Shown here one piece after another: positions 51,567 through 64,000 of a stretch of DNA of 64,000 nt. Made by a program: the position numbers and the translations under genes. Within the stretch, counting starts at the first letter, position 1; each line of letters opens with the position of its first letter. The notes beneath the pieces were generated by a model, which saw nothing but the letters and a program-made list of their open reading frames with translations, was not told the DNA's origin and did not search any database. The stretch spans positions 1-64,000 of the forward strand of contig JBJCIZ010000957.1 in assembly GCA_051294375.1 (NCBI GenBank), read 5' to 3'. Source of the stretch: Paraspadella gotoi (Eukaryota > Animalia > Chaetognatha).

Positions 51567-54153
51567 TTGCACCAACTTCGACTGCGGCACGCCCAGCTCA
51601 CGCTCGAAATGGATAGGCGTCAGCGTCGACGCAATGAACTGTTTCAACTCTCCGATGACAAAATCCGCAGATCTCAAGAATGTTGGCTTGCCAACCATTC
51701 GTCCCACACCCTAACACAAGATGAAGATACAGTTTTACGTAAAGGTTTGTCTTTTGTTCCAACGCCTATTAATATTCCTGTTGTTGACCTCATCGTTGGC
51801 GTTGAGACGGGAGCCCGGCTCCTCGATCAACGGCCTGAAGTGGCGGCTACCCTTCGGGCAGGGGCGGCGCAAATACTCAGTGCTAAATGAGTTCCGCCGC
51901 CATCTAATGTCGGTAAGAGTGAACGCAAGGCCACTGCCTCACTCAAGCGCAATTGAGCAATCATGGTTCACCCCGCAGATAAGGGGCGAGCTGCGGTAGT
52001 CATGAACGCTCATGATTACAAGTCCAAAGTGCTAACAATGCTGGCAGACAAGGAAACATACAAGCCTTTGGCAAAGGATCCCACTCTCGCTTACAGAGTG
52101 AAGATCCAAACAGTAACAAGCAAAATTCGTGAATACTGCCCCGCGTCAGTTTTTCACAGTCAACCCTGACTCAACGCAGCCGCCACTTTTCTTTGGTCAG
52201 CCGAAGGTTCATAAGCTCGATCTACCGTTACACCCTATCGTATCGGCCCGCAATTCCATTTTTAATGGAATGACGAAGGAGTTGGGAAGAATTCTCACTC
52301 CTCTCGTCGGAAACCAACACCACATCAAAAATTCTCTTGATCTGACAGAAAAGCTGCAGCATATCAAAGTGCCCAATACTCATCTCTTGATCTCGTGCGA
52401 CCTTCAGAGCATGTTTACAAATATCCCTCAGGGACTGGCGTTGGCATCCGCAGAACGCCCCCTGAAGGGAGACCGGTGGTTGCACAAGCGTACGCCAATT
52501 CAATTGGATGATATCATGGCACTGCTGCGGTTGGAACTGGAACTGGCGTACTTCAGGTTCGATGGACGATACTATGCCCAGCCTGGTGGCTTAGGGATGG
52601 GCAAATCAACCTCGAGTCCTCTGGCAGATTTTTATATGGAGGACTATGAGGTGGAAGCTTTGGCTTCTTTTTGATCTCTGCATGGGGCAGAATCAGTTCT
52701 TTTCGGGTATCGGAAGGCAGACAATACAATCCTGGCCGTGAGAAGGGATCTCATCGAGACCCTACTGAACCATTTGAACAGCATTGAAGCGAGCATCAAG
52801 TGGACGTGCGAAAAGGAGACGAATGGTCAAATTCCAATGCTCGATGTTCTTATAAAGCGCAGAGAGGGCGGCTCATTGGAATTTTCAATATATCCCAAAC
52901 CGACCCACACTGACCAATATATTCCCTTCAATTCGCACGCTCCCTTGTCGCACAAGCTTGCCACGGTCATGTCCCTGACCAGGAGAGCTCGACTGATTCC
53001 GTCGACCCCCGAGCTCCAGGCCGCTGAGCTTGAGCATGTCAAAAGAGCCTTGGCGCTCAATGGTTACCCTCTGTGGGCATTCGAGAAGGCTAGGTTTCGG
53101 CTAAACCAAGCTGAGGGCAGTGGCCACCAAGGGGCTGCCCAAGTAACTGCTGACGCAAGCTCAACCTCTGCCCCCCAGGAGGAAGAGCGATGCCTTGCTG
53201 CTGAAGGACCAACAGCGCCCACCACAGCGCAACCGGGAGATGAGCAGAAGCGTCTCAAGACCGTAGGTCATTTGTCCCTCCCCTACCACCAGGGGATCAA
53301 TGAAGCTTTGGTGCGGGTGCTAGCAAAGCAGGGGATCTCCACTTCAGTGACGACCCGCGGCTCTTTACATGAGCAATTGGTGAAACCGAAAGACAAAATC
53401 CCCAGACCGAAAACATCAGGAGCCGTCTATTGGGCGGCCTGTGCAGGGGCGAGCAACCAAGCCTGCACAGCAGCATATGTGGGTGAGACAGGGAAGTCTT
53501 TATCAGATCGGTTCCAACAGCACAAGAAGCCGTATAAAGACAGTCGAGGCCACTACCTGTCGGCCATAGCAGAACATTCGGCCAATATGGGCCATCTGTT
53601 TAGAGAAACTGACTGTCTCATGCTGTCCCATGACCAAAACTGGTTCTCAAGTGGTATTAGAGAGGCAATTTACATCAAAGCCCTCGAGCCCTCTCTGAAC
53701 CGTGATGGAGGACGAGTCAAGCTCCCTCCGAGCTATGATTCGCTCATCAAGTTGGTGGTGGAACACCCTACACCACTCCAACCGCACGGTGATTCCCCTG
53801 TCCCCAACGGGTCAGGCGGAGGCCTCTCAGCAGGCAATGGACGTCAGCAACTTGGTGTGATCCTTCTCACACTGAGCATCGACCAAAACGACGGCTGCAG
53901 GAGGAAGGAGAGGAGTCTGTATCACCTGCATCCAAGCAGGCAAGAACAGGCAGGTGAGAGGAGGGCAGTCGGTAGGCTTATCAGGCCAAAGAGATATTTG
54001 AGTGGCACTCGGCATCTTCCCAAGTGGATCACTACCCGATCCCAGGGTGTCAAACTCTACAAAAATATCTTCTCAGCCTATGACAGGTCAATGACCCGAT
54101 CACATCGTCAACGTCCCCTATTTGCCTGGCCGGGGGGGGCCAGCTCAATTTGA
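51567..54153 (+). pseudogene. PLE RT + GIY-YIG endonuclease ORF (three in-frame TGA, one frameshift near 52140)
   Basis: LRKGLSF.PTP, PADKG, PKVHK..PL.PIVS, SCDLQSMFTNIP, GLGMGKSTS, RKADNT, KPTHTDQY, GAVYWAAC..C..YVGETG, SAIAEH, REAIYI, LNRDGG. Confidence 0.93.
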
Positions 54154-54513
54154 GCTTCTTTCTTCTTAATTTTTCTCTAAAAGCTTTACTTACCTATCCC
54201 TCACACTTATTCTTCAAATTTCACTTTCACTTATACTCCATTAGTTAAATCAACTATTATTTATTATCATTTGTTATTATTCATTTAGTTTACTGATTCA
54301 TTTATCTTTGTTGTACATTTCAAAATGTAATGTTTCTCTCCTCTCTCTCTCTCCTCTCTTTTCACCATTTCCAAAATCAACTTATTTCCCCTTTCTCCTG
54401 TCCTTGCGTTCACCTGTCCTGAAATCTGACCACTGTCCTTTCTCAAATTTTGTTGGAATCTCTCTCACTCTCTCTATCCCCAACTTTATGATTGTGAAAA
54501 ATAAAACTGTTAA

Positions 54514-54556
54514 AAGCTGATGAAGACTCGAAAACAAGAGTCGAAACATGTCCAAT
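54514..54556 (+). ncRNA. Minimal hammerhead ribozyme in pLTR; mirror copy 51130-51172 has GAAA changed to AAAA
   Basis: CTGATGA-a-GACTC gaaaacaa GAGTC-GAAA-catGTC; stem I weak. Confidence 0.75.
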
Positions 54557-57245
54557 ACTTTGTAATAAAAATCGTTGTAAAAATACTAAAACTTTCGTTT
54601 TCGAAACAGCTATTATTATTGTTATATTATTATCATTGTTATATTATTATCATTATTATTATTATTATTATTATTTTATTAATATAATATTATTATTATT
54701 ATTATTATTATTATTATCGTCAGCGGAAATGAGTCTCCGCCTCCATTCGATCCCTCTCTCTCTTGCGGAGAACAAGCGATCGAATGAATGAGAAGACGAG
54801 AAGTGGGACTAGGGCAAAGGGAGAGACGAGGATCATGGGCCGTGGGCTGTGAGAAGGAAAAGACTTTAGTTTGCAATTTGCCCTCGGCCCGAATGGTTTG
54901 AAATATATTCTAACTCTGTGAATTGAATTATCTTGCCTTGTACATAAGACACAATGAAAAATTTTGCGTACGTGTACTAGGTTTCCGTGGCATAAAAAAA
55001 ATTCACTGTTCAATATTATTATATTCTTTTTATTTTTTGAAACGTTATAGTTTCATATGTTGATATCCAAAATATCAATGCAAAATCTTTTTTTGTTTTT
55101 TAGATATGACTGAATATAGGGTGAAAGATGATAAATTTTTTTAAAAAGTTACTTATTCATATTTATTCATAGAATTGTAATAAAAAAAATAAAAAAAATA
55201 ATAGTACTAATAGTTAGTGTTATGTCTCAAATAGATGGAAAAAAAACCTCATTTAAAAATTCGATCGGGAAGTGGGGTAACTAAGGGCATCCTCCACGCC
55301 GATTGTTCTCACAAATAATTTTTTTATTTAATACATTTGAAAGGGAAAAAAAGAAAATTTGGAATGCAGGTTGCAGAAAGGGTACAGATAATCTGGACTT
55401 TTTGACATGATAACCATGACCTTTTATATCTTGTGAAATGGGGGCAGTAAAGAAATCTAAAAAATTTCATCATTAAGTCAGTCAATGAACCCTTTCCAAT
55501 GGGCTATTACGAGAAATATTTTTTCTTAATTAAAATGGATGATAAATAATAAAATTAAATTCCTTGCTATATTTAAAAAAAATTATCAATACAATTTAAC
55601 ACAATGATGTTGCTTTGTCAAATATGTTACCAGCTATATAATTTTTTACAACTTTATTATGATAAACAAGCAGTTTGTCAAGCTTTAGTTTGCAGCTAAA
55701 GATAATGAAAAATGACAATTTTTTTTTCACAGACAAGAAGGTAGATGTCCAGACTGTTTATATCAAGCTGAAAACATTTTTGTATTTATCATTTTTAATA
55801 TTTAAAAATACATTTTATCAAGCTACAACATAAATTTTTGCTTGTTTTTTACTTTAACTGAAAAATATAAGCAATTTTATGGAATAAAAAAAATTTAATA
55901 ATAAAAAATGTAATTAAGTCTTTCCTTTTTCAAATTACAAAAGAAAAAGAAAAAATTTCATATGCCTTCATCGAAATTTTTAAAGCAAAAAACTGTTATA
56001 CTTTTAACTCTGATTTAAACAAAAGCTGTGTAAAGATTTATGAATTTAATTTAATAAAACTCTTTTAGAAAGGTGTCCCATGATTAGGGCTTTAATTTGA
56101 TACCACATCCACCTTGCTACCTCTTTTCTTTAAAAAAGTTATTTAAAAAAATAAACTTTTTTTAAATTACGCAGTACAAATATTTGTTAAATAAAAATTT
56201 CGGTAAAGCGGGAGTATCTCACTTATTTCTATTGGTACAATACTTAAATTTCAAAATAAAACTTGAAGAAATTTTTTTTGTCATTTAGAGACATATCACT
56301 TTCAGATGTACCCATCGTATAATAATTTATTTATTTATTTCCCCCAAAAAAGCCTAATTAGAAAAGTTAAAATTTTTTCAAATTGTTGGAAAAAAAATTT
56401 TGTCCGACCTATGCTCATTGAGAATAATGGTTTTGCATAGAAAATCAAAATATCAAAAAAAGATCAGCCTCTAGAAAAATTGAAAGGCTAGAGGCCGATT
56501 TTTTTAGAATTGCAAAAATTTTTTACTGACTCATAATCCATTATTCTCAAGTTTCAAAATATTTTTTTCCAAAATCATTCAATCAATTTTTTTTTTATTA
56601 ATTTAAAATGTTTTTATGATGTTGTTTTTGTTTGAAAGAATTGAAAAAAAGTGAAAAATATAGTAATTATATAAGGTTTTTGAAAATACCTTTAAAATAT
56701 TAAATAATTAGACACAAGGGGAGTAAGCAGAGAAAACTTCCCATTCATAAAGAAAATTGAAAATGAATTTGCCATATTGTTATTTAGATTAATTAACTAT
56801 TTACAAACAAATGATTCATATAAATTGAGGAAATGATGGGTAAAAAATATTCATCTTGGTCTCGGTTAACTATTAAGTTATCGTTAAAGTTTTGTTTTAA
56901 TAATATTAATATTTTTTTTGCATTTATAAAAGCAATGGTCCAAAATTTTGTAAGCGTTTCGAGCTATATTGCTTCATCTTTTTTACTATTTTTGATCTAG
57001 TTAGATTTTTTGTTGATGGTCAAGGGTTATGGTCAGATACAGTAATGTCCAGTAGTGTATATCGCACATATTACCAAAAGTAATGATCAATTAATTTGGC
57101 TCAGAAACAATTTTAAAGGGATAAAATCAGCACGAGACCGTTTCGCCACGTTATTTTTCATTGTGTCCATAAGTAAATAAACTCGATTTGTGTTACAATT
57201 TAATTCGTGATTAAATAGTCAATCAAAAGTCACTAAATTGTAAAG

Positions 57246-60200
57246 TGGTGTCAACGACAAGATTCAAAAAACGAAAATAACCACGCAAATCAAACCGAAG
57301 AGACAGAAAAGATGGAGAAAACAATAAACGCGTTATTTTTCTCTTGCGAACTCGAACGCCGCTACCGGATTAACTCACAAAAATAAAAGTAAAAAGGCAA
57401 AAGAAAAGAAAAAGAAAACCATTCGGGCCCTCTCACCTGCCAAGTGAAAAGTCCTCCGACATCTTGCAAGGCATGGTGGGCGCCTATCTCGATAGGCGCA
57501 CAGGCCAGGTCATCTACCTCGATGGTAGGACCAAACCCGTGGACAAACTGACCGCAGGACTAGACAAGATCAAATTCTTCGATGACGACGAAGGCGCCGC
57601 CGACGGCACTGCCGGCGAGGTGGCGGGAAACAACAGGAAACCGCACCTCCTTGATCTGGACAAAAACTTACGCCGAATCGCCAAAGGCAAAAAAGGCAAC
57701 ATGGGAGCCGCGTCACCAAAATGCTGGCCCTAATAATCGACAACAGGGTGGAATACCGCCGCGCCCAAGTCCTGCCAGGTGGCCACCGAAACGAGGGCCC
57801 TCGCACTTAAGATGGCCAACCTCGCCCAAGCAGTCGAGAAACTCACCACGACGCCCAGGGAAGAGGGACTGGACGCCTACTCGCCTGAACCCCGGCGTAG
57901 AAGCATCTCCGCCAGGGGAGGCGCCAGCCAGCCACCCGAACCCTCAAGTTCAGCCAACCCGACTTCATGGACGCCAGTGAAGATGGATAGACGCCGAAAA
58001 GGAGAAAAGCCGAAAGAGTTCCTGCGCGGCATCTACAGAAACCTGAAAAACTGTAGCTTTGATGAACAAAGAGTGAATGAGCAGCTACAGGCTGTCCTCG
58101 CCCTCGACAAGGGGGCAAACTGGTACGTCGACCCCATAGAAGGCAGTCTGTGGAAAGGACTAGAATCCATGTGCAAGGAGACATCCATCACAGCGGCAGA
58201 GATAGCCGAGAAGATCGTAGTGAAAGTGGACCTAAAGGAACACTCTGAGTTCGGACTGCATCTAGTCAACTCAATCTACAAAAAGTTTGATTGCGTCGCT
58301 CTAGAGGAACGCGACACAGTCTCGCGCCATGTGGCACGCCTACTAACCAGAACACTGGACCCTTACACTCCCGGGATATCCAGAGAAGTGTTGAAGTTCC
58401 GCAAGCTCATCGACACCGACAACCGCCGTGAGTTGGGCAAAGAAATAGAGTGGATACTGTGAGGCTGGCTGGAAATGTACGGTTACAAAGCCAATGGAAC
58501 CGCTCGCCACTTCATAAATTCCATAAAGGACAACGACCGTCAAATCCTCATGGATTCACTTCTGCAGAAAGGCCTCAATGACAAAAACCCGGCCGAAAGC
58601 GCAAACGCCCTATACCAGAGAACAATGGTGCAGGAAGCAAATAACACCCACGAGCTCATGAAAAAGCTCACTAAAAGCATGACGGTGATCCAAAAGGTCG
58701 TCGAGACCAAGAAAGACGACAGCAAGTGGAAAAACCGCCAGTCGCGGGATCAAGACACCCCAAATGGCGCGAAGGAAGGGATGACAGGCGCTTGCAGGGC
58801 AGAACCCGCGCTCGCCGCCGCAGGATGAAGCAACAGGATCGAAACCAATCGTCGGCAAAGCGAGGCTCAGAACGTTCGTAGAGTTTAGTAGAGTAAAATC
58901 GAGAAGGATGATTTACAACCCAACTTCTACAGTCATCGGCACGAACCAGGGAGAATCTCTCCACCTGGAAACAATCAGAAGGGTCGAATGCCTGTCACGA
59001 GCCCGAGACGCTCGCTCTACCCGCTCCCAAAGAGGAATCAAGAAGAGATGAACAAAAGCCACCGCGCTTACTCGACTCGCCGCCAAAGGCAGCCCGTCCA
59101 AAGGACAAAACAAGTGGCCCGGAGCCAATAGATGATACAGGTAAGGGCTTTAGACACACCGGAAATAATTACATCCTGGCCGTTATAAACGGAGCCCCAG
59201 CCAGTTGTCTTCATGACACCAGCGCCTCAATAAACAAATAAAATATACCTCGGTGCCCCGCTGCGGGTAACAACGTGAAACGGCCCAATAACTATAAGAG
59301 AAAGGCTAAACCTGAGGGTTATGTTCCAAAATTGGATCCTAGACACAGTGTTCTTTGTCTCGCCTGATGCCGAAGATAGAGATGTAATCTTAGGCACCCC
59401 GACAAACAACCCCGGTCCTAGTGAGGAAATGTGGGTGGTAACCCCGAACGACAGAGACGGAACCCAAGTGGCACACATAAACGGCAAACCGATTACCCAC
59501 CTCTTTAAAAACAAGCAGGCTGCCCTTAGAGCCACCAGGTGGCTAACCAGGCAGTATGTGGACAAGAGGACGGAAATTCCCCTATACGCGGAAAAAATGA
59601 GCACTACAGGAACCAAGGTCAGGGCCGCCCAGACCTATGGGAAATCCCTGGCCAACTCCAAATGGCTGATGGAATCAACCGATGGAAAAACAGCTGTGAC
59701 GGTGACGGGGAACGACCTAAGAGAAGGAGTGAGCCTCCCCGGGTCACCCGGCACTTGGGGATCTGCCAAAGTGATCATTGCTGAAAACGCGGCGAGAGAA
59801 ATGGGCCTAAAGCCCCACTGCGCCGGCAGACCAGTCGACGCCGACTTCAGCGGAGCGGAACATCGCTTACAAAATGCACGTAAGTCAGTCATCCCTCCAA
59901 CAACAATAATAAGGCACGAACCCTCAGAGGAGATAGAGGCGGCAGAAAATGCCTGATGCAGACGAAGGCTAAAACACGATGATAGAGGACGCAAAGCCTT
60001 CCTGAAACCATTTAGGGAGATGGACCCCTCCCTCAGCAAGAAAGCAGAGGAAGTGCTAAATGTTGTTTGGGAATTCAGAGACGTTTTCGGTGAGTTAATA
60101 AACGACTGCAAGGAAGACTTTCTAAATTACAAGGTCGACCTATGCTTCACAACGAGCGACCTACCCAAGCCGAGATTCATAAACCAGGGCCCAGTAAAGA

Positions 60201-60460
60201 AAGCGGCCCTCAAAAGATACCTGGAAGTGTACGAGAAAGCAGGCGTCGTGTCCAGAACGACAGGCGAAGAGTTTTCAAATGCGTTCCTGATAAAAAAGCC
60301 AAACCACGTCAAGGACGGGCAAAATGTAATGGACGACGAAACCTTTGCCAAACAGTGCGCCTTACTTGCAACCTCTCGGCAGTAAACAAGAATATCTTGA
60401 CCTTCGCCACCGAACCCCAAACAATCACCTCCATTCTCGAGCAATACAAACCTCATGAGT
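57246..60460 (+). mobile_element. Degenerate LTR retrotransposon fragment (gypsy-like): PBS, gag-like, protease, start of RT; 3' truncated
   Basis: PBS-like TGGTGTCAACGACAAGATT at 57246; GC-rich broken ORFs 57473-59100; INGAPASCLHDTSASIN (D-T-G-type protease site) ~59185-59235, DVILG; FSNAFLIKKP...RLTCNLSAVNK ~60270-60390. Confidence 0.75.
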
Positions 60461-61393
60461 AGCGGTAGCCGACCAAATTCAAATTTTAATGGGAACAGCA
60501 TTAAACTAATCCATTATTGTGTTAAAATATTTTTTTGCAAAAATGTTCCGAACCATGAGTAATTCGCTAATTAATATTATTATATTGCTATATAATGTCA
60601 AAAAACTTTTTTGGATATTTTAAGTTTTTTTAATTGATTCTGATAGAGCTTAAAAAGTTAAGCAAAAAATATAATTACAACTTTTTGATTTTTTATTTTT
60701 GATGTTTTATTATTAAAAATTAGTAAAAACTGCTAAAATCATCGGATGATGATGTTAGGTTAGTGTAAGGTAAGGTAAGGTAAGGTAAGGTTAATATTAC
60801 TGACACTTCTTTTTCTGACTGATGTTTACAATATAGAATTAATAAAATCATAATGGAAATAAACATATAAAAGAGTTGGCAATAAATTTGTATTGATTTT
60901 TTATAAATATATTTTTTTATTTGCTGCCAAATATGGCATTTTAATAATAAATATTAAAAACAATCATTTTTTAAAATTATCTAAAAATCAAAACAATTTT
61001 ATGATAAAAATAAAATAAAAAAAATTTTAATATAATTGTAAGAGTTTATATTAGTCTGCTTTAACACGAGATGCCATAAGGAAAAAAACGTTGATATAAA
61101 AAAGCTTTGAAATTAATTTTATTTAGGTTGAAAATGGTTGACACTTATCCCTACAGACATTTAATGCTGAATTTGTTCAGCTAATTTCATACTATTAATA
61201 TATTATAATAAGGAAAAGTCAGAGATTCTTCTTCAGTAAAATTAATTTATTCTCGTCAGATGTTTTTTACCAATCGACTTTGACGTCCTATAAATTTCTG
61301 ACGCTTTGATCGATTTTATTAGGACCTAAACCAATCGCTTTATCTTTCAATAAGCTTTGTTTTATGTTTCTATATCTCAGTAAAATTCATTTA

Positions 61394-61870
61394 TGCTTAT
61401 ATTGAACGGTTCTGTCATTAACACTTATCAATAATTACTGTCTCTTCATTGGTGAGCCCGATTTCCGAACACAACAGCAACAACAACACTTTCAGGCGAC
61501 ATGCCTCAACCTGGCGATGCACTTTCCGCCCACAACACATCAGGCGACATGCCTCAACTTGGTGACGAACTTTCCACCAACAACAACAATTCACTAAAGA
61601 GACGCAACAGACTTCTCCCTACGGGAGGGGGGGATGTATGGTGGACTAAAATCCACCAATCGTTCATCAGCGGCCATTGGTGCTGGAGGCAAGACATTCC
61701 CCTCCCAACCCAAAGGTCCGGGGTTCTAGCCCGGTGGTCGTCTGGCAGTTAAGAGGGACGGGGCGCTTTACCCGCCTGTAACACGGTGTTACAGCCTGAT
61801 CCGAAGCTCAGGGACTGCTTATATTGAACGGTTCTGTCATTAACACTTATCAATAATTACTGTCTCTTCA
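61394..61870 (+). mobile_element. Miniature non-coding LTR element (TRIM/retrozyme-like): truncated 5' LTR 61394-61448, 186-nt internal region, 3' LTR 61635-61870
   Basis: 55-bp identical LTR ends, PBS TGGTGAGCCCGA at 61450, PPT GGGAGGGGGGGA 61623-61634, TG...CA LTR. Confidence 0.9.
61745..61818 (+). ncRNA. Twister ribozyme, P5-type permutation (UAA read as UUA in this copy)
   Basis: GCAGT taaga GG GA CGG GGCGCT TTA CCC GC CTGTAAAC-like stem CTGTAAC/GTTACAG, CCTGA TCCG AA GC TCAGG g ACTGC. Confidence 0.7.
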
Positions 61871-62107
61871 AACCGTTGTTTTACTTTTAGATTGACTTAA
61901 AATGATAAAAAGATATAAATGACAAAGAACATCACGGAATATCAGGGATATTATATAGAAAGCACGAAAGATAATTAGAAATATAGAAAGAGAAATGTTC
62001 CAATTATATTATTTCTTTTTGAAAAAAAAAAGTTGAATAATGACAACTGCCTCTATCGTTTAAGCCGTTAGATTTTTTCCCATTTCGTTATTAATTTTCT
62101 TTTTATT

Positions 62108-62200
<93 letters not shown>

Positions 62201-62301
62201 TCTGTTTATATTCTCTTACCACTTGTTGAACTGAGAGATCGTGAGTTGCGTCCGAAGAATCCCATTGACTCCGTCATCTCTGTCTCTCTCTCTCGCTCTT
62301 T

Positions 62302-62397
62302 AGGCCCGCAAAATAGGATCGTCCTCAGGGCTGTTTCTCCTCATCCCGGGCGTTTTTAGTAATATCTTATCATCATCATCATCAATCATCATCATCA
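62302..62397 (+). mobile_element. Extremely 5'-truncated copy of the LINE at 34401-40146
   Basis: Matches 40066-40146, (ATC)n tail, duplication TCTCTCGCTCTTT (62289-62301, 62398-62410). Confidence 0.85.
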
Positions 62398-63626
62398 TCT
62401 CTCGCTCTTTCTCTCTCGTTCTCGCTCTCTTTTCCGTCCCTTTTAGTCTCCGCGTGATATTCTGCTTATTCCTGTTTTCTTTTTATTTATTTTTGTCTTT
62501 TTTTAAAAATTTCTTATATTCCAATGTTCACTTGTTTTACAGATTTTAAAGATCCGTACTGAGAGGTTGAGATTTTTGCTAAGCAAGATAATCCCAATTA
62601 GCATAAATCTGCTTGATTTTTGATTGAGATGAGATTTACGATATCTTTTCTTTTATATTTTTTTATTTGGAGAATTTAGATTTTCGCGATTTTAGAAAAT
62701 TTGATTTTTTTTTTCTGAAACGGCACAGGAATATTTTTTATATCGTCCGTCTTGAACGATGACGTCAACTTAAATAAAGTACCGATTTAACGAGAAAGTA
62801 CCGATTTAACGAGAAAGTAGGGCTGAAATCCACGTTTGGAACAGAAAAGTCCTCGCATAAAAATAAAAAGAAAAGAAATAGAAAGACGATTCGCGTGGTT
62901 GCGTCGCTTTCGTTGCCGACGCATGAATTTTTCCTCGCTAGAAACGCCAGTGACGTAAGCGTCCGGGCGGCGTTGCCACGTGGCGGCTTCGCGACGTGGC
63001 GGCGTCACAATATAGCGCCGCTGACGACGAGATCCTCGATTTAGAACGTCGTCTTGAGTTCATTGACATTTTGTTTCTCCGCTCGATCGATAAGTCGATC
63101 TCATTTCGCGATCAAACATAGTATGTATAATTTTGTATATTTTGACGATAGTAGTAATTAATTTCGAGGAGACGTGGTAGTTATTGTGGGCAGGGAAGTG
63201 TGAGTCTACGAAACGAAAACGAAGCGCTGTGAGTTAAACAGGCGGTGTTTGTGAGTCTAAGTGTGTGAACTTAGGCGAAGGTCGAAGGGTAATAGAAAAT
63301 TATCACTGTGAGACGATGGGAAATAATGTGCTTTTTTTAGGTAGCTGGAGATATGAATTCATTCACTTCTTTTCTGGGAAGGGTCGAGGAAAATACGACG
63401 AATATTTGCGTCTGAAAAAAGAAAAAAAAAGAGAGGATTATATCAACGTTGAGAGAGAGAGAGAGAGAGAGTGGAGAGCAGTCTCGTCGTCGTCGTCGTC
63501 GCGTCGTCGTCGTCTCGATATTTCGACAAGTAACGCGATCTTTCTCGTCACGCGATTTTCGCGCGTCTTTTCGAGTTTCGAACGGGAACTCCGCGCTGTT
63601 TCCACTAGAGATCACTCCATCACTTA

Positions 63627-63678
<52 letters not shown>

Positions 63679-63708
63679 TTCGATCAATGAAGAGACAAAG
63701 CAAATAAG

Positions 63709-64000
63709 TAGGAGTCTACGTCGTTCTTAGAAATCGAGGAAGACTTTTTCAATGGAGATTTTCGTTAAAATCTGACTACCAAACAATGTCAACGCCCCTG
63801 GGAATAATTCAGGTAAAAAATAGATGTAAAAACACTCGATTCCGATCCTGTTGCATCTGAAGGGCTCGCATTTTTTTTCTCTTGACAAATAACCATCATT
63901 TTGACATCAAACCATCAGATTCAAATGGACTGGTCCGCTCGGGAAAATATTTTCGATGCAATTTTTATATATAAAATAAAGGGATTTCTCAACTTCAATA
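63709..64000. mobile_element. Terminus of the same DNA-transposon-like family as 26255-26996
   Basis: Starts TAGGAGTCTACGTCGTTCT and aligns with 26255-26530. Confidence 0.7.

Larger units (their letters stand above)
51070..54615 (+). mobile_element. Penelope-like element (Penelope/Poseidon type), 5'-truncated, inverted pLTRs (51070-51555, 54143-54615)
   Basis: RT plus GIY-YIG ORF between ~470-bp inverted repeats containing hammerheads. Confidence 0.95.

Noticed and set aside
51888-52674. Selenocysteine recoding of PLE TGA codons
   Set aside because: Positions fit Arg rather than Cys, a frameshift is also present and no SECIS was recognised; CpG decay is simpler.
61635-61675. Antisense hammerhead in the twister LTR (CTGATGA on minus strand)
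   Set aside because: No GAAA or stem III follows the hairpin.
61501-61752. 83-aa ORF in the miniature LTR element
   Set aside because: Arises from a short internal duplication and runs through PPT into the LTR; no recognisable domain.

Overview
AT-rich, repeat-dense eukaryotic (invertebrate-like) genomic window with a 25-N gap (26932-26956) and many homopolymer indels that suggest long-read assembly error. One host gene is well supported: a spliced fibrinogen-related-domain (FReD) gene at about 43848/44608-50392 (+). The rest is largely nested mobile DNA: a decayed CsRn1-like Ty3/gypsy pol (1-3030), a second gypsy gag-pro-RT fragment (57246-60460), a full-length Jockey/I-type LINE inserted in a (TC)n tract (34401-40146), a Penelope/Poseidon-type element with inverted pLTRs (51070-54615) plus several truncated relatives carrying minimal hammerhead ribozymes, many Helentron-associated (HINE/DINE-1-like) elements, and hAT, Tc1/mariner and Kolobok-like MITEs. 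The most striking signal is a tiny non-coding LTR element (61394-61870; further LTR copies at 19068-19296 and 18471-19634) whose LTR folds into a circularly permuted twister ribozyme with a minimal self-complementary P1. This is a candidate animal twister-based LTR retrozyme. It shares a tRNA-Trp-type primer-binding site with a second non-autonomous LTR element that carries a PH-fold-like cargo ORF. All folds and alignments were done by eye.
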